Origin: Guillardia theta CCMP2712
Lineage: Eukaryota; Protista; Cryptophyta
NCBI RefSeq assembly: GCF_000315625.1
Contig: NW_005434583.1
Location: 213,031 to 277,030 of the forward strand
Reading direction: 5' to 3'
Length of the DNA stretch: 64,000 nt
How positions within the stretch are numbered: the first letter of the stretch is position 1; every line of letters begins with the position of its first letter. Below the pieces are notes generated by a model. That model did not search any database. It saw only the letters and a list, made by a program, of their open reading frames with translations, and had not been told where the DNA came from. A program made the position numbers and the translations under genes. Of the stretch, positions 50,922 to 63,644 are shown piece after piece.

Positions 50922-51601
50922 NNNNNNNNNNNNNNNNNNNNNNNNNNNNNNNNNNNNNNNNNNNNNNNNNNNNNNNNNNNNNNNNNNNNNNNNNNNNNNN
51001 NNNNNNNNNNNNNNNNNNNNNNNNNNNNNNNNNNNNNNNNNNNNNNNNNNNNNNNNNNNNNNNNNNNNNNNNNNNNNNNNNNNNNNNNNNNNNNNNNNNN
51101 NNNNNNNNNNNNNNNNNNNNNNNNNNNNNNNNNNNNNNNNNNNNNNNNNNNNNNNNNNNNNNNNNNNNNNNNNNNNNNNNNNNNNNNNNNNNNNNNNNNN
51201 NNNNNNNNNNNNNNNNNNNNNNNNNNNNNNNNNNNNNNNNNNNNNNNNNNNNNNNNNNNNNNNNNNNNNNNNNNNNNNNNNNNNNNNNNNNNNNNNNNNN
51301 NNNNNNNNNNNNNNNNNNNNNNNNNNNNNNNNNNNNNNNNNNNNNNNNNNNNNNNNNNNNNNNNNNNNNNNNNNNNNNNNNNNNNNNNNNNNNNNNNNNN
51401 NNNNNNNNNNNNNNNNNNNNNNNNNNNNNNNNNNNNNNNNNNNNNNNNNNNNNNNNNNNNNNNNNNNNNNNNNNNNNNNNNNNNNNNNNNNNNNNNNNNN
51501 NNNNNNNNNNNNNNNNNNNNNNNNNNNNNNNNNNNNNNNNNNNNNNNNNNNNNNNNNNNNNNNNNNNNNNNNNNNNNNNNNNNNNNNNNNNNNNNNNNNN
51601 N
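50922..51601. other. Assembly gap
   Basis: N run. Confidence 1.
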
Positions 51602-52008
51602 GGCGAAGGCAACGAGCACAAGGGGGGCGAGGACGACGAGGAGTACAGGAGGGGCGAGGACGACGAGGAGCTCAAGTGTGAAGGCGGAGGGTGAGGAACT
51701 CAGTTAGAACTTGATACGATTGATTCACTGTACTTTATGATGTTTGAATGTGATGACGACACGGTTGCGGTTCAAGTGTATAAATGTTAAGAGGCAATAC
51801 ATGTTATGATGCCAAGGCTGGCTGCTCAAGCCATGCTTCTTCTCTCTTCTCCCTCCTCTCCTTCTCTTCAGCTGTCTGTCTCCTGCTCTCTATCGCCACT
51901 CTCCCCCTGCTGGCTGCCGGCGAGTCGGGCTCGCTCAGCCCGTCACTAAGAGCCAACTGAGCACAAGTGCCCTTCGTGAGTAAGTTCAAAGAGAGTGTAA
52001 AGTATTTC
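51602..52008 (+). repeat. 407-bp copy of 50413-50819 between two gaps (probable assembly artefact or collapsed tandem copy)
   Basis: Appears identical and is bounded by N on both sides. Confidence 0.9.
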
Positions 52009-52585
52009 NNNNNNNNNNNNNNNNNNNNNNNNNNNNNNNNNNNNNNNNNNNNNNNNNNNNNNNNNNNNNNNNNNNNNNNNNNNNNNNNNNNNNNNNNNNN
52101 NNNNNNNNNNNNNNNNNNNNNNNNNNNNNNNNNNNNNNNNNNNNNNNNNNNNNNNNNNNNNNNNNNNNNNNNNNNNNNNNNNNNNNNNNNNNNNNNNNNN
52201 NNNNNNNNNNNNNNNNNNNNNNNNNNNNNNNNNNNNNNNNNNNNNNNNNNNNNNNNNNNNNNNNNNNNNNNNNNNNNNNNNNNNNNNNNNNNNNNNNNNN
52301 NNNNNNNNNNNNNNNNNNNNNNNNNNNNNNNNNNNNNNNNNNNNNNNNNNNNNNNNNNNNNNNNNNNNNNNNNNNNNNNNNNNNNNNNNNNNNNNNNNNN
52401 NNNNNNNNNNNNNNNNNNNNNNNNNNNNNNNNNNNNNNNNNNNNNNNNNNNNNNNNNNNNNNNNNNNNNNNNNNNNNNNNNNNNNNNNNNNNNNNNNNNN
52501 NNNNNNNNNNNNNNNNNNNNNNNNNNNNNNNNNNNNNNNNNNNNNNNNNNNNNNNNNNNNNNNNNNNNNNNNNNNNNNNNNNNNN
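52009..52585. other. Assembly gap
   Basis: N run. Confidence 1.
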
Positions 52586-52927
52586 TTATTAAGAGGGAGG
52601 GAGGGAGGGGGGAGGGGGGGAGGGGAAGAGAGGGAGGGAGGGAGAGGGAGGGAGAAAGAGGGAGAGAGAGGGGTAGGGGAAGAGAGGGAGAGAGGGAGAG
52701 GGGAAGAGAGGGAGGGAGGGAGGGGGAGAGGGAGAGGGAGATCATGCACACATTTTCGCGTCTTTTTCACAGTTCATGGTGATTGTTGACAAACGTCTGT
52801 TTCAAGGTCGTTGCTAATTCATAAGGTCGTTATCTTCTCCCGGACAGCAAGACAAGAGATTATCAAGGGTTGCTGGGCTTCCTCCAGCTCGATGGCTGCA
52901 AGTTGAGCCAGCTCAGAGCACTCGCGG

Positions 52928-53568
52928 ATGAATCCAGACTTTGCCAGCATCTTCTCCTGCTGTGACAGTAGGAGAACAGGGGAACGAGAAGTCACAGCAG
53001 GTGAGGCACGGGCCAAGCTGCCATGACTGACGGTCTTGACTCGTCCATGGTAGAGAGCCGAATCTGCGGAGTCGGTATCAACTTCAGAGCAGACAAGACT
53101 GGCGCGCTGTACGTCTCCTCCCTAGTAGAGAACGGTCAGCAGCTGCACAGGCAACCAGCCACATCTTACGGGTGATCCAGGTCCTGCAGACAAGACAGGG
53201 AAAGTTCGGCCTGGCGACGTCCTCTACGAGGTCGACGGGACAGTCGGTGATCCTCTGTTTCCTCGCCTCTGATGCCCACATGCTTGACGAGCGCTTCTCT
53301 TGCAGTTTACAGGAGCGGCCTGAGCCAGATCTCCAAGCACCTGCTGGGAGGCGACGGGACCATTGTGATGGTCGGCTTCCTGCGAGAAGGTGACCCCTTG
53401 TCTCTTGTTTCTCCTTCCCACTCCTACCAAGTCTCTTCCCCGTATGGCTCTTCTCATGTTGATCTCTGCCGTACAGGGAAGAAAGTTTCAGTTGAGATAG
53501 TTCGCAAGCCTGTTCAAGCTTTGATGACTATCAGGCACATTCTCGAGGATGAGGAAGGTCTGGAATAG
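52928..53568 (+). CDS. Small single-PDZ-domain protein with N-terminal di-cysteine
   Basis: MNPDFASIFSCCDSRR; spliced PDZ CGVGINFRADKTGALYVSSLVENGPADKTGKVRPGDVLYEVDG...HLLGGDGTIVMVGFLR. Confidence 0.8.
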
Positions 53569-54571
53569 TAGAGACGTGTGTATCAACAGTGACCATGTGT
53601 GTGAAGACGTAAATTGATAAAATAATTTGAAACCATGTTACGTGCTGTCATGATAAAATGCGACTTCACAACTTAATCCATCCTCTTTTTACATAAAGCT
53701 CTTGATCCCTTCGTCTCGATCAACTGAAACGTTCTCCTCCTTCTACTTCTTTTTGCTTTCTAGGTCTTGTACAGCATTTCCATCCTACAGGGTTGGTTCT
53801 ACAGCTCTACTTTGACGACCATCATCTTGCAGATCCACTTGCTCCACCTGCATCCATCTTGTTCATTATCTTCACCTTGAACATCATCGTCGTCAACTTC
53901 GTCCTTGTCTTCATCTTCATCTTCATCCTCATCTCAGTCAGATATCTTTCATTGTGACCCGCATGCTGGATTCGTTAATTGGGTCAACAGGTACCTTTGA
54001 TTAACTTACAAGGGGTAGGGTGGTAGTTATTCACCTACTTTTCTTCCGCTTAAGAAGGTGGGTATTTGGGTGAGAAAGAAGGGGGTCACTACTGAAATAC
54101 AGGGGTAGGTGATCTCTTGTTCGACGAGTTACGTGGAGCTGGGCTCTATCTATGGCATAAGGGAGCGAGGAGGGAAGGGGGGAGGGCAGGGATAGGATGG
54201 AATGCACGATCAAGATTGAACCATGAGGACCCGAAGAGATGTCAATGGTGGGGAGGAGCTGCAGAAAGTTAGGATGGCGGAAGCGGGCTTGTAGGAGCAG
54301 GAGCAGGAGCAGGAGCAGGTGGTGAAAGACATAGGAACGCGATGCATCAGTAAAATCAAATGGGGAGATGGGAGTAAGAAGATCTAGGAGTCTAGGATGA
54401 CGAACGAAGGGGTATCGATGACTTCGAGGAGGGAAATAGGTATGTTTGCAGGGGCAATAAAAAAATTCGGCATGGTCGGCTTACATTCCTTTTATCAAAC
54501 TTCCTCTCCCTTCTCACTGTCTGCCCGTCAGAATAAGAAGCACGTTTCTACGATCAAACTACTGAGGACAG

Positions 54572-57500
54572 ATGGAGCTGGGGAAATCTGTGGAGAGCGA
54601 TCTATTTCTGAGGTACGCAACCTTTAGCTGCATGCTTTGCTATCGGGTACAAGAACTTCATTCTTGTTGATTCAATGATCGCTCAGTGCTGCTCATGGCA
54701 ACTTGGAGAATATACAGAGACTCCTCTCGAATGGATCCGTTGTGCTTGATTTGTCGATGGAAATATCAAGGATCGAATTCACTGTACAGGTCACTTGTTG
54801 TGTTGACATGTAAAGAAACGAGCGTCATTGCGGGTTTTCAGATGCAAGCTCTTCTCAAGGAAGCGATCCAAGAGCAGAATTCCTTGGTAGAAGCTTGTCT
54901 GACTGTTCTGTCATGTTTGTGAACATGTCGATTTTTCAGATTCAAGCTAAAGACATCAGCATTGTCGGGATAACGGAATTTGTAGACTCTTTTATTGTTT
55001 TTTGAAACAACAATCTGATGAGGTTTTTGGCTAAAGGGATCAGGCTTGAATGTTGCCCTCAGGTTGATGAACTCTTGTAGCTCAATGATTTCATCTTGTT
55101 GCAGTATTAGTGCGGTTTCGGATTCAGATGTCAACGCGAGGAAAATCGCAGAAATGGTGTCCCAGGCCAAATTCATTCAGAACGTCAGTGTGATTGTCGT
55201 CGTATATCAGTGTCACTGAGCGGTCGCTAGGTGGACAGGAAGCTTTCTGAGGCTGTGCGGACTGTAAAATGGAACCTGAAGCTCAACCAGCCTCCGAGAC
55301 CGATAGTCTACAAGTGGGGGGGAAGAACGTGCGGTGTTGTCAACCCTGACGAGACTTTCAGGATAGACGATAAGGACAACATCGGTTGCACAGCTCTACA
55401 TTGGGCTGCACTCAACGACAAGGTCAACGTCATGAAGTGGCTGATCAAGGAAGGAGCGGATCTGAACGCTAGGGGCAATGACGGACACACGCCCCTACAC
55501 TGGGCAGGGCTGAAGGGATTCTTGCGCGCTACTAGAGTTCTGATCGATGCAGGAGCAGACCTGAATGTGCAGGACAACTGGAAATTCACTGCAATGATCC
55601 GGGCAGCTCAGAACGGTCATGTGCTAGTGGTGCTTGCGCTGATGTATGCTGGTGCTGACGTCACCATCTGTGACAACGAGAAGCACAACGTGCTGCACTG
55701 GGCCGTCTTCCACCGCCATCACCTGGTTGTAGAATGGATCTTAACGTTCTCGTCCGTCCGAAGAATCATAGACGATGCGGACGACGATGGGTGTACAGCA
55801 CTGCACTTGGCTGCCAAGAAGAGTGGAGGAGAAATGTGCAGGAAGCTGATTGCGGCGGGAGCAGAAATATCTTTGACAGACAACAAGGGAAAGACACCCG
55901 CGGACTATGCGGGGTCGTCGCACAGATTAAATGCTGCGAGACTGCTGCGTAATATCTCCATCATCCCAAAGAAATGGAGGCAGAAAATGCTTCAAAATGC
56001 AGAGCACGGCCGGACGTTCTACACCATACCCACAGTTCACGGAGCTATTGCGATGTTCTTCATTGTCCTTGCTTGTATCATCTACCTTCGCGTGAGCTCA
56101 ACTGTGCTTTTCTAAATTCTCCTCACCGTCATGTTGTAGACATTCTTACCTGCACTATGGCCGAGATTGTTCTCCCTTCACTTCATCTTCGTTCTCTTCT
56201 TGCCCATCATGTATTATTGCTACTACAAGTCATGGAAGGGAGACCCCGGAACAATTCCTCCTCAACCGCAGGTTCGTGTGACTGGACTTCCTCGCTGCGC
56301 AATGGTTGACGGAACTTGTGAACACGCAGAAGATACTAGAGCAGGTGGCTGCTGAGGAAGTTTCTATGGATGATGTGATGGCTCTCGTGGAGTCTTGCCT
56401 GTCCTGATGCGCTGCAGGTGCTGCTCGTCGCAATGTCCACGAAGATCCCGCGAGCCAAGTTCAGCCGCTTCTTCAACTGCTACGTGGCGAGGTGTTCACT
56501 GCTGTGACTCAGTCTCCCATGACTCTAAGAAAGGTTTGATCATGATTGCCCGTGGGTCTCCAACGTCGTCGGGGCGAAGAATATCGGGTAAGGGATTGAG
56601 ATGGGGGGAGTTGCCCTACCGCCTCCTGTTCTTGTCCTGCTCTGACTCACCTTCGGTTTTTTACCTGCCCTGTAGAGTTTTTGTCGGATTCTGCTACTCG
56701 GTACCCGTTGTTTCCATGACTAGCGCACAGCTCACAGTGACTGTCAGGTTTCCGTCTGCCTGCTGTGTTGGGTCATCTTCTGCTTCCAGTATCTCTGGTT
56801 GAGGAGCTTCGCCGAGGCTCAGGCGCACTGCCCGGTCAAGGATCCCTCGTTCCCCCACATCCCTCACTCGTTGCCAGCAGGGCGTTCTAGCAAACTCAAC
56901 ATCCCTCGTGGCCTGTCCCAAGACGGGAGAAGTCATGGTGACTATCTTACACAAGGACCTGGTGGGCGTCTGTCTTGTCCATTCCGCGGGTCTGAATGAA
57001 TTTTCGCAGGGCATGAGCCTGTTGCTCATGATTTATGTCTTCTTCACCTTCTTTACTATATTGATGTCCTTCTCACAGTGAGTGAATCCTCTCCTCCCGC
57101 TATCACTTGGATGATGCCCTGGGGCAGGACGCGGCAGATTTGTCTCAACGTGACCACGAACGAGCTGATCAACTGGCACAGGTAGAGAGAAGAAGTCAAG
57201 AGAGGCTCGTGCTGATACTGTCTTGTTGTTTTTCTCTCAGATACTCGGGTTGGACGCGTGAAGATGGGACGTTCAAGAATCCTTACGATAGAGGAGTGAT
57301 TCAAAACCTGAAACAGTTCTTTCAGAGGTACCGTGTTATTGTTGGGTCCTTGGTAGTCACTGACCCCTATCAAGCTATCGTTCGTTTCTTCGTGAGCCCT
57401 CCAAGAACGACGAAGCTGAGGATCTCATCGTCAAGGTGCGCGACCCACTCCTGCCATCAGTTTGTTGGGCCTGACACGTCCCAGGTGGACCCGGAGAGCA

Positions 57501-57616
57501 GCAGCGCTTATCGCGACTCTCGCGTGAAGGAGGGGTATGGGATCGAGATGCAGACGACGGCAAGTCAGTACTCCAAGGAGGTCGAGGCGCAGCTGAAGGA
57601 GATTGGTTTTGATTAA
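54572..57616 (+). CDS. Ankyrin-repeat protein S-acyltransferase (Akr1/TIP1/zDHHC17-type) with DHDC motif
   Basis: Ankyrins GCTALHWAA, GHTPLHWAG, TAMIRAAQNGH, NVLHWAV, GCTALHLAA; TM helices; DPG; [42 protein letters not shown] (TTxE); NPYDRGVIQNLKQFF. Confidence 0.9.
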
Positions 57617-57669
57617 GTCGAGAACTTCCCTTTTGTCTCCGACTGTCTCATCTCAGTTGAGATTAGCCC

Positions 57670-57980
57670 TGGCATGAGTCCTCTGAGATTGACTAGAAGT
57701 AAGACTGTTCGCATATCACACTCCGAGTGGCACCGTTTCATCGTGACTCCCCGCGAGCCCGGGCTGAGTGACTGTCGAATGAGACGCCGCCACTGCCGTG
57801 CGCCGGGCCCTTTCCTGAGCCTCGGAGGCTCCTGCCCGGTCAGTGACGCCGGGTCAGCCGGACAGGCTCCCCGGGCCACAGAAAAGTGAAACCGAACTGA
57901 CGTAAGTGGCTAACTGTACGGTCACCTCAGTCACTGAGTGTCACTGATGATCCTACTGGGCCTGCCTCCGAGTCAACAGC
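57670..57980. promoter_or_regulatory. GC-rich CCGG/GAGTC/CAGTGA island upstream of the next gene
   Basis: Many CCGG, GGGCC, TGAGT, TGACT and TCAGTCACTGA words. Confidence 0.4.
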
Positions 57981-58224
57981 GAGCTCCCTTTCCTGCCCCC
58001 TTTCAGCCTCTTGACGTTTTTTTTTAAACACAAAAGTACCGGTGCAGCTAATGACAATTGCGAGCCCAGGAGAGGGTGGTGGGTGGTCGGACGCCTTTTG
58101 CGGGAAGCGACATGCTTCAGACGGCGCGCAGGGGGAGGTGAGAAGAGAAGGAACAGGAGGGAAGCGAGCAGGAAGAAGAGAGGAGGAGATTCAAGATCGC
58201 TGACTCAGCAACTCACTTGACAAG

Positions 58225-60648
58225 ATGGCCAAAGGTGAAGTCTCACAGAGGTGCCTTGACATGAAATTTAGTTGACCACGTTCCTGCAGGCAGTCAGAAC
58301 GGAAAGTCTCCGTATACCACCGCCTACTCCTATGAAGATCAGCCCATCGGAACAGCGATCCCCTACACTCCACAGGTTCCAAACCCATTGCTGAAAGTGT
58401 CTTCATGACTTTGCTGTAACTCCTCCAGGCTCGGACTGTGGAAGCGGCGGGGGCGCCCTGTGAGTATCAGTTTGAGGTTGAGGTGTAGAGCTGACTCAGA
58501 GACTCAACAGCGCTCGGATTCAGATCACCTTCGGAGATGATCAAACCCTATCCTGTCTCTGAGAAGCAGTCTCACAAGAATGCTGAAGTAAGTTTACAGC
58601 CTGCTGACAAACGTCTTACATCCTTGCGTCAGAGCCACGCTGCAGACAAGAAGGCTGTCCCTCTGCCAAGTATGCGCTATTCCCCACGTCTTAAAGTCCT
58701 CACGCACCTCATCTCCAGCCCTTCCAAGACCTACTATCTCCGTCACTGACATCCCCGGGGCGTCCGCGACTGTAATAACAGGATATTGGTTTACTCTTGG
58801 TATACTCACAAAGGGTTTCAGCCATTCAGGATAGGACATTCACTCTCCCTGTCTTCTAGTTCGATATTGAAACCGATCAAACCTCCGCATAACGAAGGGT
58901 GCTCTTGAGAGAGTGCTAGAGGGATGATGTTGACAGGCTAATGGTGCAGGGAATCCAATGTAATCATTGTAGAAAAGAAGAAAAAGCATGACGCTTATCT
59001 CCACTCGACTTTCCCAGGTCCTCACAAACGCTTCCTTGTAATTTTGAATGTCTTGACTTGCTCCTAGCATTTGTTACGTTTGCCGTCGGGCTCCTTTTCC
59101 CTCCCATCTTGCTTTTTGGATATCGTTTCGTGCGATCAGTCAATTACCGTGCCAAGGTCCTCGGCGTGGCAAGTTTGTTTACCTTTCTTCTCTATTGTAC
59201 AGCAGGAATCATAAGTGAGCATCTAAATCACTCTCGTTGCCGTGCTGACCCTAATGGGCTCTCAGTCTTCGCAAAGTTCTGGAGGAACGATTCTTGGGTA
59301 CATCCTTTCTCCCCGATTGTCAGCGTGTTTCATTCAACATCACTCACAGGACGGTTCCGACCCCAGCTGCATTCGGTACACCATGGGAAGGTTATTCGCA
59401 ATCTGAGGAGGAGGAGGAGTCTGAACTTTGATACAGTTCCACCAATTATTTGAGTGCGGAACTTGGGAGGTAATTGAGAGTGTTCATCTTCGATTGTTTC
59501 ACTTTCCTCTTTGTTGAACTCATCGTGCTCGAATCAGTCCCATCAGCATTCAAGGCCTTGATCCCGGAGCCAAGACCCTGCAGAACATCAGCCTGTACAC
59601 GGGTACAGCTCTTGCGCGTGTCTTCCTCGTCTCATCACCCGATGCGACAGTCAACTGCATGTTCATGGGCCAACTCATGGTGGCCGAGACAACGGCCGAC
59701 AAAAATGCTCCCAAGGTTGTGAACGCGCGTAAGGAGACCAGTAGAGGGTGACGATGAACGGGCAGGTGCTGGTGGTCAGGATGGTCTCTCCAGGCAAGGC
59801 TAGTCAGTGCAAGAGGAGCATCTGACGTCGAGAGGACAGGAACTCAAGGCGACGACTTTGGCGTCTACGCAAGGAAGATTGACGCTAAGATCAGCCAGGC
59901 AGCGATAGGTTGCTCTCGCTCTCTTCATCTTTCCTACCTTACCTGCTTCTCCCAGGTGCCAAGGCGCCATCCCGTGCCTGGCTTGAGTACGCCTCCCCCT
60001 ACTTGAGCAACCCCTGGCCGCAGGGCTCTGCATACTTCGGCACCAGCCAGCGCCCGCCATGCAACGAAGGTAAGCAGGCGAGCTGTGCTGCAATGACAAA
60101 GTTCTCACTCTTCTCCTGTTCGTTCTCCTCCTTAATCCTTTCCTCTCCCCCTCACACCTCTCTCTGTCCTGGCGACCTCTCCGCCACCCCCCCTTTGCTC
60201 TCCTCTCCCCAGGAATGTGCGACGGCGTCTATGGGCAGTCCCTGCCTGCGCTGGTGCGTCTTGTCCCCTTGAGGAGGACCTCAGCTGACTTGCTGTGCAG
60301 TCAGGATCGCAGTATGAGGTGAGGGTGGACTTCTCGTGGTATCGCTACTACGTCATCATCGGTTGCCAGTGCTCTCTTCCTCCTCCTCCCTGATGCTCCG
60401 CCTCAGGAGTCGTCGCAAAGACCAAGCAGGCACTCGAGCGGCCCTTCTGCGTAGATACTTGTGTGCTCAATTACGTCGAGTCACCGCCAGGTAGCGGCAA
60501 GTACGTGGACCCATGCGCAGGGGTCGAGCTGGTATCCCTTGCTTCCTCTCTCTCAGTCTTCTCATCACGACTGTCTTTCTCTCAGGCTGCCTGTCCCAAC
60601 ATCAACTGCGTCTTCGCCACCACTCGCGCTCAGTGTCTCGGAGGATAA
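58225..60648 (+). CDS. Hypothetical membrane protein with many short exons, two TM helices and a Cys-rich C-terminal region
   Basis: MAKGSQNGKSPY...; FVTFAVGLLFPPILLFGYRF...VLGVASLFTFLLYCTAGII; ends CVLNYVESPPGSGKYVDPCAG...ACPNINCVFATTRAQCLGG*. Confidence 0.55.
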
Positions 60649-60942
60649 GCCGGCGGCTCCGGGGCGGCCCTGCATACTACTGAATCAATCGAGTCCTCCT
60701 CAGAGAAGCTGATAGCAAAGGTCATCGGGCAGTTATTTCTTAACTAGTCTCTTCTGTTCTCTACATGAAAAATGAGTAAAAGTTTTACACGTATGTACAC
60801 GCCTAAGACGCCGCCATCTCCTTCGCCCCCCCCGATCTTTCTTCGCTCCCCCGCTCGTTGCTGCTACCTCCCTCCTCCCTGCCTGCCCTCCTCCTCCTCC
60901 TCCTCCGCTTCGTCTCCTTCCTGCCGTTCAACAAGCCGCACG

Positions 60943-62518
60943 ATGATGTACGCTTATCTGCTGCTTGCATCCTGTATTCTACCAGCACAGTCCATGGCTT
61001 TTGCGCCATCGGCGGTGTCAAGCTCGCTGGCCATCCCTGCTCTCAGGCCCACCGTAAATCACCGCAGCCGCTTCGTTTCCTCCTCTTCCTTGGCTGCTGC
61101 TCGCCGCTCTCCTATCTTGATGATGGCGACAGAAACTTCGACTGAGAGTGTTGCTGAGAGCACAGGGGTCTATGCATGCACTCAGTGCAGCTCTCCGATC
61201 AGTCTGGAGGAGTCGGAATGCAGGAACTGTGGAGCAGCGATCAAGCGCGAGGAGGTGGGATATGTTGATCTCACTCCTGAGTCCATGAAGAAGCGCAAAG
61301 TTTCAACCTCCTCTTCGTCCAGCTCGGATGAATCTTCCCCGGTTCAAACTCTCAGGCAGCTCGCAAACAACCCCTTGGTGTCTGCCTTCCTTGCTGGAGC
61401 AGGAGCGCAGATGGACGGTCAACCTTTGAGACAGGAGCTCTTCAGGACCCCTGTCGTCTCTTGGCTGTACGAAAGAGGCTGGAGGGCTGGGTTCGCGTCT
61501 GCCGGCTTTCCTGGTATCGAGAAGGAGTACGAGCTGGTGATGGATTTCTTTCAGGGTATGAGAGCTTGCCGTTGGATGGTTGACAACACTGACGATTGAG
61601 GAGCAGAAGCACGAAACAAGACCGTCGTCGATCTCTCCTGTGGGTGAGTATGACTCCTGATGGCTGTGTGGATAGCTGACCGTGTTGTGCGTCAGATCCG
61701 GTCTCATGGTCCGAAGGCTGGCCAAGAGTCGCGCGTACTCCAAGGTATGCTGTGCTGTGCTGTGCTGTGCTGTGCTGTGCTGTGCTGTGCTGTGCTGTGC
61801 TGTGCACGCAAGGCGATGGGTGAGAGGCTGCAGGTGATCGCCGTGGACTACAGCGAGAACATGCTGGGAGAAGTCATCCAGAGGTGCGGATTGATTCTCG
61901 CCAAGGAAGATGAGTTGACCCGGTGCTGTAGGAAGAAGGAAGAGAACTGCCCGGACTTTGACATCATCCGTGCGGATGTTGCGGTGAGTGTGGAGGTCGT
62001 GTCAAGGTTGACTATGCGTGACGTGGAATCCAGTCTCTCCCCTTCGTGGATGGATCGTTGGATGCAATTCACAGTGGTGAGCGCGCAGGGCGCACGTGGA
62101 GGCGACGTGGGTGATGAGGTTGGCAGGAGCGGCGCTCCACTGCTGGCCATACGTGCAGGACGGCCTCAAGGAAGTACACCGCGTTCTCAAGCCTGGCGGA
62201 AGATTCTTCGCTTCCACCTTCCTTTGGGGAGTCCCCGACGAGGTTAGCCTCGAACGCGCTGAACTCGGACTGATGATGATGGTGAATGAACAGGTGATCA
62301 GCTTGCAAGCGAACTTGGGCCCACGTCAGCGACAGTACCGATTCTTCAGTGTTGAGGTTGCCCTGATTGTTTCCGCTACCTTGAATGGTGTTCTCACGGC
62401 TCGGCTCTGACAGGAACTCGAATGGCTCATGCGAGGAGCAGGATTCAAGGACGTTAACGTCGAGCGCCGTGACAGATGCGCGCTGATCCGATGCAGGAAG
62501 GAAGAAGCGACTGTTTGA
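60943..62518 (+). CDS. Plastid-targeted class I SAM-dependent methyltransferase (At2g41040-like)
   Basis: Signal + SMAFAP bipartite motif; CTQC...CRNC ribbon; ELFRTPVVSWLYERGWR; VVDLSCGSGL; AVDYSENML; GAALHCWP...RVLKPGG. Confidence 0.9.
61748..61804. repeat. (TGCTG)n microsatellite, intronic
   Basis: Directly visible. Confidence 0.95.
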
Positions 62519-62658
62519 TGGTGTAGTCGAGAATGACGGCAAAGTCTGAGCAAGTCAGACCTTCTGTCTCGTGTTCTAGTGGTTGAGTGTAAAGTGGATC
62601 TTTGAAGAGATGGATTGGAGGAGACAGGTGTGTGTGTTCAGGGCTTCTTTGCCTTGTT

Positions 62659-63644
62659 CTACTTATCAGGGAAGGGAATATGATCCATAAGGTTGTGAGT
62701 GGCCTCTGGAATCGAGATAACCATCCCTTGCAGCTCATCTCGTAGCGCAACCTGACAGCCCAACCGCGAGGTATCGCAGGGCTCATACGCAAGATCAAGC
62801 ATGTCCTGCAATCCTTGTAAGCACAAGTTGAACACGTCAAAGATTTACCTGTTCGGCAACCTCGGGGTATCCTACTTTCTCAATCCATGCTGGATCGACA
62901 ATGACGTGGCAAGTCGAGCACGCCATAACACCGCTGCATGCACACTCGATGTACTCCCCAAGAAGTTCCGCTCCTTTCCCTTCTCCATGCTGAGCTATCT
63001 CCCTGAGCGTCATTCCCTCCAGCCCTTCACATTCGAACTCAAAAGAAGCATGCGGCACCTGCCCAGGTCATCAGCAACGCTACACGGCAAGCTGGAGTTT
63101 CAAATCTCACCTTAACGAAGAATTTGACGTGTTTCTTTCCGTCCTTCGTCGCCATTTCAACTTCAACAGCTTTTGCCAGCGACACAAGTCCTCCGTCTTC
63201 TCCAACTTCCCATCGGCCAGCAAGCGAACGGATTGTTTCCATCAGGTTTGATCCAGAGCTTTTCACCGTGGAAATGATGCCTTCGACGACACGTGGTTCA
63301 TACTTCAGCATTGCAAGAAATTCACGTGCCTGACTTTCTTCGCTTTGCTTTGCAGTCAGTGAGAATTTCCGGTGAGCGATCCAGAGATGATTGTAACATC
63401 TATGCCAGAGAAGCCCGGGAGGGAACGTGCGCTGCTGTGAAGAAGGCGCTGGGTACGTTGGCGAAGTTCCTGCCATGTGCGAGTAGAAGCAACGAAAATA
63501 CGAGTTGAAAGATGATGATCTCTTAGAGGAAAGACTGATTCGAGTGCTGAATGGGGATGAGAGTAAAAATGTCGTGGGACTAGGAAGGCGTGACCCCCGT
63601 TGAGCCAACCATCGGGGCAAACTTGAGGACCTGCTAGGGTTCAT
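62659..63644 (-). CDS. Adrenodoxin-type [2Fe-2S] ferredoxin, probably mitochondrial, with extra N-terminal region
   Basis: ECACSGVMACSTCHV, EQDMLDLA, SRLGCQV; R/S-rich, acid-free N-terminus MNPSRSSSLPRWLAQRGSRL. Confidence 0.9.

Noticed and set aside
51602-52008. Real segmental duplication
   Set aside because: It is an identical copy flanked by gaps on both sides next to an internal repeat; misassembly is more likely and long reads are needed.
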